From Azolla caroliniana (Eukaryota; Plantae; Polypodiophyta), in contig JBHGNT010000001.1 of assembly GCA_043228905.1 (NCBI GenBank), forward strand, positions 22,444,001 through 22,508,000: 64,000 bases of DNA. Direction: 5' to 3'. The notes under the pieces are model-generated. The model had not been told where the DNA came from. It was given only the letters and a program-made list of their open reading frames with translations, and made no database searches. Of the stretch, positions 1-11,190 are shown piece after piece. Made by a program: the position numbers and the translations under genes. Every line of letters begins with the position of its first letter. Within the stretch, counting starts at the first letter, position 1.

Positions 1-268
1 CTCTCTTCACTCCTCTAAAGTGGAAAAACAGAAAAATGAGAAGCAACAGTAAAACTGTTTGCCCTAAGTCATATTTATACTTATATGACTTTGGGCTATT
101 TACAACTGTGGCCTCAGGGGCCCATAGCGAACATATTCACGGATATGTCCCTGCATCCGGATCGCTCTCCGGGTACATTCGTCATCCGGTACCGAAACCG
201 AAACCGGGCTCGTCGGCATTCATCTCCGACATCCGACCATCCCATCCGAAGGGACCGTAATCCCAACA
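1..268 (-). repeat. 3' LTR of A (partial)
   Basis: Minus strand starts TGTTGGGA right after the PPT and matches the 5' LTR. Confidence 0.95.
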
Positions 269-270
269 AA

Positions 271-281
271 CTCCCCCTTCA
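271..281 (-). promoter_or_regulatory. Polypurine tract of A
   Basis: Minus strand TGAAGGGGGAG lies 2 nt before the LTR TG and overlaps the pol stop codon. Confidence 0.9.
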
Positions 282-3200
282 CTTCGGCATGGGATGTCTT
301 TCCAATCCGATCCTCTTCCGGCATGCTTCCAGCTTGTCGGGTGTGAGCACCTTGGTCAGCGTATCCGACCCGTTCTCGTCCGTGTGGATCTTTGTCAGCA
401 CGAACTCCTTGTCTTCTATCCTTTCCCGGATCCAGTGATATCTTCGTTGGATGTGCTTCGTCCGGGAGTGATAGGCCGCGTTCTTCGCAAGGTGGATTGC
501 ACTCTGACTGTCGCAGTAGAGTCGGTACTCCTCCTGTCGGATACCGAGCTCTCTAATGAAGTCCTTCATCCATATTATTTCCTTGCCAGCTTCAACAGCC
601 GCCATGTACTCCGCCTCCGTGGTTGACAACGCAACCGTCTTCTGCAGCCTCGACTGCCATGAAACAGCTCCCCCTGCATACGTCATCACATACCCTGATG
701 TGGACCGGCTGGTATCTGCATCAGCCGACATATCCGAATCGGTGAAACCGTCGAGTTCGGGTTTACCGGAGCCGAATCGGAGGCACACATTCGTTGTGCC
801 CTTCAGGTATCGGAGTATCCACTTGACCGCGTTCCAATGCTCTTTGCCGGGATTGCTCATGTACCGGCTCACCACTCCGACTGCATATCCGATGTCCGGT
901 CTCGTACACACCATGGCGTACATCAAGCTCCCGACGGCTGAGGCATACGGCACTTTCATCATATCCTCCTTTTCAGCCTTTGTCTTGGGACTTTGCTTGC
1001 TGGACAGCTTGCAGTTTGCCGGGAGGGTCGATCCGACCGGTCTTGCTTCCGACATGTTGAACCGGTGAAGCACCTTCATCACGTACTTCTCCTGTGACAG
1101 CCACAACTGCTTCTTCCTCCGGTCCCGTATGATGTGCATCCCTAGTATTTGTCTCGCCGGACCCAGGTCCTTCATTGAGAAGGTTCGGTGAAGAGCCTTC
1201 TTCAGCATCCGTATCTTGACCTGGTCCCGTCCGACGATCAACATGTCGTCCACGTACAGGAGGAGTATTAGGAAGTCTCCTCCTTCGAACTTCTTCACAA
1301 ACACGCAGTGGTCGGACTGCGTTTTGAGGTACCCTTCGTCGGTCATGAAGGAGTCGAACTTCCGGTACCATTGCCGGGGAGCCTGCTTCAGTCCGTAAAG
1401 GCTCTTCTTCAACCGGCATACCAGGTGCTCCTTCCCTTTCTTCTCGAATCCTTCAGGTTGCTGCATGTAGATCTCTTCATCGAGGTCACCGTGAAGGAAT
1501 GCCGTCTTCACGTCCATCTGTTCTACCTCGAGGTCCAAGCTTGCCGCTATGCTCAGCACCGTCCGGATGGAGGTCATCTTCACTACCGGGGCAAATATCT
1601 CGTCGAAGTCGACGCCCTTCTTCTGCTGAAACCCCTTCACCACGATCCTGGCTTTGTATCTCGGGGGGTTTCCGGCATCTCCCGGTTTCAGCTTGAACAC
1701 CCACTTGTTTCGCAGTGCCCGCTTTCCTTTCGGCAACCCCACAAGTTCATATGTGTGGTTCTCATGCAGGGAATCCATCTCGTCCTGCATGGCACTCAAC
1801 CACCTGCGGCTCTGGGTGTCATGCTTTGCTTCTTCAAAGCTCTCCGGCTCCCCCTCGTCGGTTAGCAGCACGTGCTCTGGTTCCGGAAATCTCCGGGGGG
1901 CCCTTCTCTCTCATAGAGGATATCTCCGTTCCGGAGCTTCGGTAATCGGTTCTTCCGATTCTTCTTCATCCGAATCCATTTCGGGATCGGGGCCGGTTTC
2001 GGTATCATTTTCATCTTCTTCGGCCGGTTCTGTTTCTTCACCGTCTTCGGCCGGATCCTCGAGTGCTAACCGGTCCCTTGCCGGTCGGGACTGCTCCTCG
2101 TAGAGTTGATCCTCACCGGTCGACTTGGAGCTCTTCATCTTCTTCTCCGACTCCCAGTCGGCGAGTGTCTTGTCCTCCATGAAGATGATGTCTCGACTCC
2201 TGAATATCTTCTTGTCGACCGGGTCCCATACTCGGTAGCCGAACTCGTCGTCACCGTAACCGAGGAATATGCATGGCCGGGTCTTCGGATCTAGCTTTCC
2301 TCTCCGGTCCTTTGCCACATGCACGTATGCGAGACACCCGAACACCTTCAGATGCCGGTAGGATACTTCCTTACCGGTCCACACTCTCTGCGGCGTGTCT
2401 CCGTCCAAAGGTACTGAGGGTGATCTATTTATCACATATGTCGCCGTCGACATTGCCTCAGCCCAAAATCCCTTGGGTAGTTTCGCATGTGCCAGCATAC
2501 TCCGGACCCTCTCCATTATGGTCCGGTTCATCCTCTCGGCCAGCCCGTTCAGTTCCGGCGTCTTCGGCACAGTAAACTCGAGTCGGATTCCCTTCGAGCG
2601 ACAGTACTCCTGGAACTGCCCTCGGTATTCCCCTCCGTTATCCGCTCGTATCGCTTTCAGCTTCTTGCCGGATTCCCTTTCCACTCTCGCGTGGAGTTCT
2701 TTGAAGACGCACAACACTTGGTCCTTTGTCTTCAACGGTGCCGTCCACAGTCTTCGGCTGTGATCATCTATGAAAGTTACGAAGTACTGGGCTCCGCCAT
2801 GTGACTTCGTTTCTACCTGACACACGTCGGTGTGCACCAACTCCAATGGTGCGCTACGTCTCGTCGGTGGTCTTGAGTGAAAGGAGGTTCGGTTCTGCTT
2901 ACCGGCCAGGCAGTCGGTGCACTTCTCCAGGTGCACATGCTTCACCGGAATAAGGTTGTCTTCTGCAAGTCTCTTCATCCCCTTCTCACTCATGTGGCAC
3001 AGCCTTTTGTGCCACAGCTCACCGGCAGTGTCGGCTGCCACATTCAGCTCCTCCGGACATAACCGGGCATTCATCAGGTACAGTGTGTTGACCTTCCGGG
3101 CCCGAGCCACTATCAAGCTCCCCTTGCTGAACTTCATGACACCGTTCCGGATGCTACCCGTGTAGCCTTCATCATCTAGCCTCCCGGCTGAAATCAGGTT

Positions 3201-4351
3201 CAGTCGGACCTCCGGAACGTGTCGGACATTCTTCAGCAGCATTTTGCATCCGGTCGGGGTTGTCACCCACACGTCTCCTATGCCGGCAATCCGGCACGTA
3301 CCTTCGTTTCCCATCCGAACACAGCCATGCTCGCCGGCTGTGTAGGATGAGAAGTATCTTCTCTCCGGGGTCAGGTGGAACGATGCTCCGGAATCGACCA
3401 CCCAGGTCGTCTCATCGCCGGCAATGTTTAGTTCACCTTCTTCGGTGATGAGCATGATCTCCTCTTCACTTGCCGCGAGTGCCGTCGTTCCTTTCCGGTC
3501 CTGTCCTCGCCGATCCGAACCATTCCGGTCCGTGGCTCCCCGGTATGCACCGTTTTTCTCCGGTGACTTCTTCGAATCGGTGTTGTCGGTTCCAATGTCT
3601 TTTCGGTAATGCCGACAATTCTTTCGGAAGTGCCCCGGCTTCCCACAGTGGAAGCATGTGGGCCTTCCTCTTGACTGCGACCGGGTCCCCGACTTCTCCC
3701 GTCTTTGAGGACTCCGGTTCCATTGTCTTCCCCGATCCGATTCGGTAAACAACATCTTCGGGTCGGAGGTCGGTTCCTTATCTCTCTGACGCGCTTCTTC
3801 ATTCAAAATACTTGTCTTTACCGTTTGTAAGGACAAGTTATCTTCGGTGCAGGAGGTACTGAGAGTCACCACCAAGTTCTCCCAGCTTTCTGGCAATGTA
3901 CACATCAGGATGATGGCTTGCATTGCATCCTCCAACGGGAACTTAATCGCCGCAAGCTGGTTCACGAATCCCATGAACGTGCTTACGTGTTCAACCATAC
4001 TCTCGCCGTCCCGGTACTTGAGGTTCACTATTTTCCTCATCAGGGAGGTCCGGTTCAACGCATTCTTCCTCTCGTAGAGGCCCGACAGCTTCTTCCACAT
4101 CTCATATGCGTTGGTGTCGTTCGCCACATGTTGTAGGACGCTTACATCGACATATTGTCGGATCGTCGCTACGGCTTTCCGGTTCAGGAGCTTCCACTCC
4201 GACTCAAGTACCCCCTTCGGTATTTCCGACCTGTCAATCGGTTCGTACAGGTCCCGAACAATCAGAAGATCCTCCATCTTGATCTTCCAGTCGGCGTAAT
4301 TCTGTGCATTCAGCACATCATCATCGGTTGCCCGCTGCCGCCGCCTTCCAT
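279..4351 (-). pseudogene. gag-pol: gag-pol polyprotein of A with one frameshift near codon 12 and one in-frame TGA at 1911-1913
   Basis: ORFs 1911..4316 and 279..1871 are in the same frame. Motifs: CFHCGKPGHFRKNC zinc knuckle, WVVDSGAS protease, WHKRLCH and HTDVC..RADNGGEY..AER integrase, YVDDML RT, FTDSD..AEY..CDSQSA RNase H. The ATG at 4351 is out of frame. Confidence 0.93.
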
Positions 4352-4365
4352 TTTCTGCAACAGTC

Positions 4366-4377
4366 GCTCTGATACCA
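4366..4377 (-). promoter_or_regulatory. Primer binding site of A (initiator tRNA-Met)
   Basis: Minus strand TGGTATCAGAGC, 3 nt after the LTR end CA. Confidence 0.95.
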
Positions 4378-4380
4378 GTT

Positions 4381-4844
4381 TGTCAGGAATAGACCCTTCT
4401 ATTCACCTTCTCTCCTCGGCCACAACCGATTAATTGCGGATCAATGGAGCAGAAAATAGGAACCACACGGAGAAACAAAAAAAAAAACGCGAGTACACAG
4501 AGATTAACGTGGAAAACCCTATACGGGAAAAACCACGGGAGTGCGAGACTCCAAACCAAAATATGCACAGAGAAATATACAATGGCGAGCTGCAAGGCAA
4601 CGACCTTGAGCTCGCTTTCTTCACCACAGGCGGCGGTATTACACAGAGGCGTCTACCTCTTCCTCTCTCGCTCTCTCTCTCTCTCTCTCTCACGGCTGCT
4701 CTCTCTTCACTCCTCTAAAGTGGAAAAACAGAAAAATGAGAAGCAACAGTAAAACTGTTTGCCCTAAGTCATATTTATACCGGGCTCGTCGGCATTCATC
4801 TCCGACATCCGACCATCCCATCCGAAGGGACCGTAATCCCAACA
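4381..4844 (-). repeat. 5' LTR of A, carrying a 124-bp U3 deletion
   Basis: TG..CA ends. Lacks the segment at 81-204 of the 3' LTR. Confidence 0.95.
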
Positions 4845-7724
4845 TACCTGAGCTAAAGCATACGCACATACTCGAGGTGCCTTTCAGGTACCGGAGTATC
4901 CAGTTGACCGCGTTCTAGTGTTCTCTTCTTGGATTGCTCATGAATTGGCTAACCACTCTTACTACGTATCCGATATCTAGTTGGGTGCACACCATCGCGT
5001 ACATCAAGCTTCTGACGGTAGAGGCATATGGTAGCTTCATCATATCTGACTTCTCTACCTTTGTCTTCGGGCTCTGCTTTCTAGACAACTTGCAGTTTGT
5101 CGGAAGTGTCGACCCGACTGGCTTCGCATCCGACATGTTGAACCGTTTAAGGGCCTTCATCATGTATTTTTCCTGTGACAACCATCGCAATTTCTTCGAC
5201 CGATCCTGGATTATGTGCATCCCCAATGTCTGTCTTGCCGAACCCAAGTCTTTCATTGAGAAGGTCCAGTTCAAGGCCTTCTTCAGCATCTCGATTTTGG
5301 TTTGGTCCAGTCTGCGTCGTCATCAATGCCTTAGCCCAAAACGTCTTGGATAACTTTGCATGTGCTAGCATGCTTCAGACTCTCTCCATTATGGCCCGGT
5401 TCATCTGTTCGGCCAGCTTGTTCAGTTCTGGTGAATTCGAGCCGGATTCCCTTCAACCGGCAGTACACCTCGAACTGTCCCCAGTATTCACCACCATTAT
5501 CTACTCGAACCACCTTTAGCTTCCGGCCGGTTTCCTTTTCCACTCTCACGTGGAGCTCCTTGAAGATGGACAACACCTGATCTTTCGTCTTGAACGGTGA
5601 GACCCATAGTTTCCGGCTGTAGTCATCTATGAACATCATGAAGTACTGTGATCCAGCATGTGACTTCGTGTCCACTTGACACACATCGGTATGCACTAGC
5701 TCCATTGGTGCATTCCGTCTCATTGGTGGTCTTGACTGGAAGGAGGTTCTGTTTTGCTTGCTGTCCAAGCAGTCGGCGCACTTCTCCAGTTGCACGTCTT
5801 TTACCTCCGGAATGACGTTATCTTCGGCAAGTCTTCTCATCCCCATTTGGCTCATATGAAGCAGTCTCTTGTGCCAGAGCTCACCGGCATTGTCGAATGC
5901 TACGTTCACTTCTTCCCGGCATATTTGGGCCTGCATCAGGTACAATTTGTGGATCTTCTAGGATGGGGCCACGATCAAGCTCCCTTTGCAAAACTTCATG
6001 ACTCCGTTCTATATGCTACCGATGTAGCCTTTATCATATAACCGACCGGTTGATATCAGGTTCAACTGAACCTCCGGAACGTGCGAAACATCCTTTAGCA
6101 ACAAATTGCATCTGGTTGATATCGTCAACCACACATCTCCTATGCCGACAATTCAGCATGCACCTTCATTCCCCATTCGGATAGAACCATGATCTCCGGA
6201 ACTATATGATCAGAAGCACTTCCGGTCGGGGGTCAGATGGAACGGCACGCGAAAGTCGACCACCCATGTCGTTTCGTCGGTGACAAGATGCAACTCACTC
6301 TCCTCAGTGATTAGTAGCAATTCTTCTTCACTTGTCGTGATCACCGACATTCCTCTCCTTTCCGAAATATTCTTCGATTCCAAAATGTCGGTTCCCCCTT
6401 TGGATTTCCAGAAGTGTCGACAATTCTTCTGGAAGTGCCCTGACTTCCCATAGTAGAAGCACATGGGCCTCCCCCTTGACTTCGACCTCATCCCCAATTT
6501 GTCCTGATTTGTGGGACTCCGATTCCGGCCTCTTCCCTGGTTATGGTCATCTTCCGTGACCAAGGCCTTCGGATCAGTTCTGGACTCCTGGTCTTTCCGG
6601 CGAACTTCTTCATCCAGCAAACTTGATTTTACTTTTGCTCGGGACAATTGTTTTCGTTCTGGCCCATCGTTGCCCAAAGGGACAACTAGCAGGAGCAACG
6701 CAAGTACCTCGTCGGCCAGAGGTACTTCAAGCGAGGTTGTTTGATTTATGAGCCCTTGGAATGCATTCATGTGCTCCGCCATGCTGGATCCGTCCTAGTA
6801 CCAGAGTCTTACTAACTTCCGGAATACCAAAACCTGATTTACGACGTTTTGTACTCTCCAGCATGGTGCCGATTTTCTCCAAGAGCACATGAGCCTTACT
6901 TTCTTCATTGAAGTTGTTGTATAGGCTCATGTCGATGAAGCACCAAATGGATGTCGTCATCTTCATGTGCATCACCTCCCATGTCGTGGCATCGATCTTG
7001 TCTGGTTTCTTGTCCCCAACTTGTACTGGCAACCAGACATCTTTGACTACGAGCATGTCCCTCATCTTCGACTTCCACATTGGGTAGTTGGAGCTGGTGA
7101 GCTTGAACATGCTTCCGAATGACTCATCCATTTTCTTGTGGCTCTGATACCAGATTGTACGGAAATAACGATTGGCCACAATCGATTCTTAAACAACCAA
7201 TGGAAGAGAACAAACTGAAATGGAGGTTAATGCACTTCTATGAACAACAGAGAGGACACAAGATGTTTACGTGGAAAACCCTAATAGGGAAAAAAACCAC
7301 GGGAGCTCATAGACTCCAACTATCACTATAGGAGAAAAGAGTACAGTGGAAGACTCTGAGGCATTGACCTCGAGCTCTGTATGTTCGCCAACCGGCGGTC
7401 ACAACAGAAGCTGGTTCAACTTCTCTTCTCTCTCTCTTTCTCTCTTTCTCTCTCTCGCTGTACAACAATGATGGAACTGGCAACATTCTTACAAAGTGAT
7501 TGCCCTAAGTCATATTTATACTTATATGACTTTAAGACTATTTACAAATGTAGCCTTTACATGTACACCAAAAACATATTTGCAGATATGTCCCTAGATC
7601 CAGTTAACACCAGATCCATCCGGATACCTTCTTGTCCGGTCCGGTTGCTGCATCCGGTCCGACTCCTTCAGCTCGTCCGATCCGACCCCTCCGGTTCTCA
7701 TATGGAGGGACCGAATTCCCAACA
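4845..7724 (-). mobile_element. Degenerate copia B (5' part) with an internal INT-to-RT deletion at ~5310
   Basis: gag, PR, INT and RT fragments (ORFs 6727..7179, 6210..6782, 5331..5945, 4915..5289). PBS-Met at 7141-7152. 5' LTR at 7156-7724. Confidence 0.93.
7156..7724 (-). repeat. 5' LTR of B
   Basis: TG..CA ends next to the PBS. Shares TATA and U5 motifs with the LTR of A. Confidence 0.9.
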
Positions 7725-7998
7725 ACAAATTCTGAGATTGAATACCTCTAGAATATACCTAAGAAATATCTCTAGAATATACTCGTCTAGAATATAGCAT
7801 AAAACATTTCTCGAATATACTAAAGACTAGAATATGCTATATGCTAGACTATATAAAAAATTTCTCGAATATACTAAAGGCTAGAATATGCTATATGCTA
7901 GACTACAATTTATATATAATTGAAGGGTTTCCAAATGGTTTATCTAATACTAAGTGTAGGATGTGTTATAGGTTAGAGGTTCGAGTCTAGATGTGACA
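7725..7998 (-). repeat. AT-rich LTR fragment resembling the U3 of chromovirus T, with a ~45-bp block repeated at 7807 and 7861
   Basis: Repeated CTAGAATA motifs as in the LTRs of T. Ends in TGTGACA. Confidence 0.5.
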
Positions 7999-8089
7999 TT
8001 GACGCGCGGCTATGTACTCAACCTATATGGTTGATAGGGTTGTGCACTCTTGTAATTTCAACCTCCATGATATGGCATTGCCACGTGAC

Positions 8090-8274
8090 TTCAACAACAA
8101 TTGCTACCACTACAAGAATAGTGTTGCCCTAGATATATTTATACATATATAGGTTTTGGGGCTATTTACAAATATGATCATCCGGATACCTTCCTGATCC
8201 ATCCGGTTCGGTTCCTTGCTTTGTCTCGTCCGGTTCTCAATCAGATCCCATCCGGAGGGACCGGTTTCCCAACA
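8090..8274 (-). repeat. Truncated LTR of the A/B/F copia lineage
   Basis: Ends CCATCCGGAGGGACCGGTTTCCCAACA and contains the GCCCTAG..TATTTATAC..GCTATTTACA motif. Confidence 0.8.
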
Positions 8275-8463
8275 TAATATAGTTTTGGTAGTTAGAGTAT
8301 TCTTGTGTCGATTGTGATGTTTATCCTTCTATCTATTTATTGTATTGAATGTCGAATCTATACTCTACTGCACATATTATGTTTTAACTAGCAGTCGATC
8401 AGGATCATATGTTCTAGTTCTAAGTAATTAGTTATGAGTGACCATTGTTTTACATAAACAACA

Positions 8464-9100
8464 CTGGACGTCCAATTGCTCAAGTTCTAGATCTTCAATT
8501 GCCACGACCCTAAGTAGGAGCCGAAGGGTGGTCATCTTGACTACTGGTGAGAATATCTCGTCGTAGTCAACCCCATGGTCTTGTTTGAATCCCTTTGCGA
8601 AGAGCCAAGTTTGGTATTTGGGCTTCTTCGAATCAGATACATATTTGTATCTAAAGACCCATTTGTAGGGTAGCGGCTTGCTTCCGGCTAGTAATTCGAC
8701 TAGCTCCCATGTGTGATTCTGATGAATTGAGTCCATCTTGGATTTCATGGCTTGTAGCCAGGTGTTGACATCTAGCGCGACTATAGCTTCCTCATAAGAG
8801 CTTGGTTCGCTTGCGTCTGTGTAATTGATGTAGTCGAGGTTCAGTTGATAGAACTCAGTCGGACTTCGGACTCATCCGGATCTCCTGGGTGCCAAGTTGA
8901 TTGGTTAAGATCCTTTGAATGGCTCTATTGACTGATCGGCATTAGTTGAACTGTCCTCACTAGTCCTTTTGGATGACTTGCCCCTGCAATAGGATTTTAG
9001 CGATATCGAATAATCCTCCCCTTCTTCGGGATTGATTGACAAAGGAGTAGAGTACTTGGCCGAATTGATTCGGATTTGTTGAGATATCAAGCGCAACTAG
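8464..9100 (-). pseudogene. pol: Copia family C fragment (INT C-terminus to RT N-terminus)
   Basis: ORF 8428..8748 with HTWELVEL..YDEIFSPVVKMTT..LDV. Confidence 0.85.
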
Positions 9101-9121
9101 GTTTAGTTATGTCATATCTGT

Positions 9122-9285
9122 TGTTGGATAACGGGTCCCTTCGGATGGGAAGTGGAGTTCGAATCATGGAAACAGGGAGAACCAATTCCCATGGAGTCGA
9201 TGTTTAGGGCGGCAAAGGCCGAAATCAGAAACCGAAATAGAAAATCAATTTAATAACTGATTCGGGAGACTATACTTATAAATAG
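9122..9285 (+). repeat. LTR 5' fragment cut at its TATA box by element C
   Basis: Starts TGTTGG..GGTCCCTTCGGATGGGA like A-lineage LTRs. Ends at TATAAATAG. Confidence 0.6.
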
Positions 9286-11190
9286 TGCGAGCAGATATGC
9301 GCGGAAGAACGTTTGAGGACTTCTCGGTTATGCACAACAAACAACATACACAGATATGTAGCTAAAGGAGTAGATAGATAAGAAGTTAAGTTTCAATGGT
9401 GATTCTCATTATTCTCTATTTTTCTCTCTCTCAAAGACTCAAGATACAAGATAATCAAGAAGTCATATTACAACGTTAGGTTAGGGCTTATATATTCAAG
9501 CCCTAACTATTGGACGTGTTCACACTAGTAAGGACACAAGGTGGAAGGAGTTGGGCTTTTATGCCAACAAACTGCCTTGTAAAAGGACTGCTCTTTCTGC
9601 TTACAATTGTATGGGGTTATCTCCCCTGTAAACCTAGATTACAATTTTAATCTAAAGCTATAGTTATAGGTCAGTCGGCATCTAGCCTAGTCAACAGGGA
9701 TCATGTCGGTATTCTGCCTAACCTCCTGATTTGTGTTCGGTTTTCTTCTGCTCGGTCACTTATTGTAGTCCTATCTTTGTCCTTAATACTACGAAGCGTT
9801 GATTTGGAAGTGACTTCGTCAGGCAATCAACGATGTTCACCTCAGTGTCGATCTTCCGGACTTCGAGCTTCTTCTCGGTTACTAGCTCCCAGATATGATG
9901 ATACCGCAACTCAATGTGATTTTTCTTCACATGATAGATAGGATTATTGATGAGGTGTATTGTGCTCTGTGAGTCACATTAGATGGTCGATTCGGCTCAT
10001 AGCCAAAAGTTGGCAGTCAGTTGGTGCAACCATATCGCTTTCTTTGCTGCCTCTGATGTTGTTATGTACACCGCATCTATAGTAGACAAGGCCATGCACT
10101 CTTAAAACTTTGACCTCCATGATATGGACTGCCACCATAGGTGAATATGTGGCCTGATGTCGACTTCCGATTGTCCGAATTCCCGGCGTAGTCAGAGTCA
10201 GTGTAGCCTTTGACTTCGGTCGGATTTGCTGATCTGAAAGTCAACTGTGCATCTTCGGTTTCTCTTAGGTACCTGAAGATTTGCTTGACAACCTCCCAAT
10301 GCTTCCGTCCTAGGTTTGACATGTACCGGCTGACGATGCCTACGGTATAGGCAAGGTCAGGTCGAGTCGCCACCATCGCGTACATGGTACTTCCTATGAC
10401 CGATGCGTAGGGTATCTTTCCATTAAGCTCTTTCTACTCATTTGTCGAAGGAGAGGCTCTGTCTGATAGTCAGATCGACGTCAGAAACGATGTTGGTGTT
10501 GGCTTGGAATATTCCATGTTGAAGCATCGCAACACTTTTCGGATGTAGTTGGACAAGGAGAGTCGAAGAGTCTTTGTCTTCTGATTCCGCTCTATCCTCA
10601 TGCCTAGTATGTGTCAGGCTTGTCCAAGTTCCTTCATCACAAACTTGTCATGAAGGCTCCACTTTAGCTTTCCTATTTCAGTTTGATTGCTCTCTGCAAT
10701 CAGCAGGTCATCGACATAAAGGATCAAATAGATCCGGGACTCGTCGGCCAGTTGCCGAACATATAGACATGGGTCGGAGTCGGACCGGTCGTAGCTGAGT
10801 TGTTGGATGTATGAACCGAAATTTTGGTACCACATCCTGAATGCTTGTTTTAAGTTGTAAAGGCTTTTCTTGAATCAACATACAAGGTGACCTTCCTCCA
10901 CCGTCACCGTGAAGCTTGCCAATTAAGACATGTAAATGTCTTCTTCCAAATCTCCATGTAGGAATGTCGTCTTTACATCCAGTTGCTCAAGATCTAGGTC
11001 CTCTGTCGCCACGACCCCGAGTAGGAGCCAACGGGTGGTCATCTTGACTACTGGAGAGAATATCTCATCGTAGTTGACCCCGTGTTCTTGTTTGAACCCC
11101 ATATTTATACTTCGGCTTCTCGTCGTTAGATACATATTTGTATCGGAATACCCATCTACGAGGTAGGGGCTTTGTTCCTGTTGGTAGTTC
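9286..11190 (-). mobile_element. Copia C, 3' half: RT-RNase H pseudogene plus 3' LTR (9286-9569)
   Basis: ORFs 10923..11273, 10614..10835 (LILYVDDLLI) and 10077..10385 (GYTDSDYAG). The LTR has TG..CA ends. Confidence 0.85.

Larger units (their letters stand above)
1..4844 (-). mobile_element. Ty1/copia LTR retrotransposon A, youngest and near-intact; 3' LTR runs off the left window edge; inserted in the RT/RNase H region of copia B
   Basis: LTR segments 1-80 = 4701-4780 and 205-268 = 4781-4844. tRNA-Met PBS at 4366-4377 and PPT at 271-281. Domain order gag-PR-INT-RT-RH. Confidence 0.97.

Noticed and set aside
1911-1913. Programmed stop-codon readthrough between INT and RT in A
   Set aside because: Sister copies have a sense codon here, and the context TGA-GAG is not a known readthrough motif. 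A point mutation is simpler.
294-4433. Many antisense ORFs over pol genes, here and throughout the window
   Set aside because: They are shadow frames of GC-rich coding sequence with no recognisable domains.
8275-8463. Possible additional LTR fragment
   Set aside because: There is no second copy, PBS or TSD in the window to support it.
9153-9164. B-box-like GTTCGAATC
   Set aside because: Isolated match with no clear A box, so probably chance.
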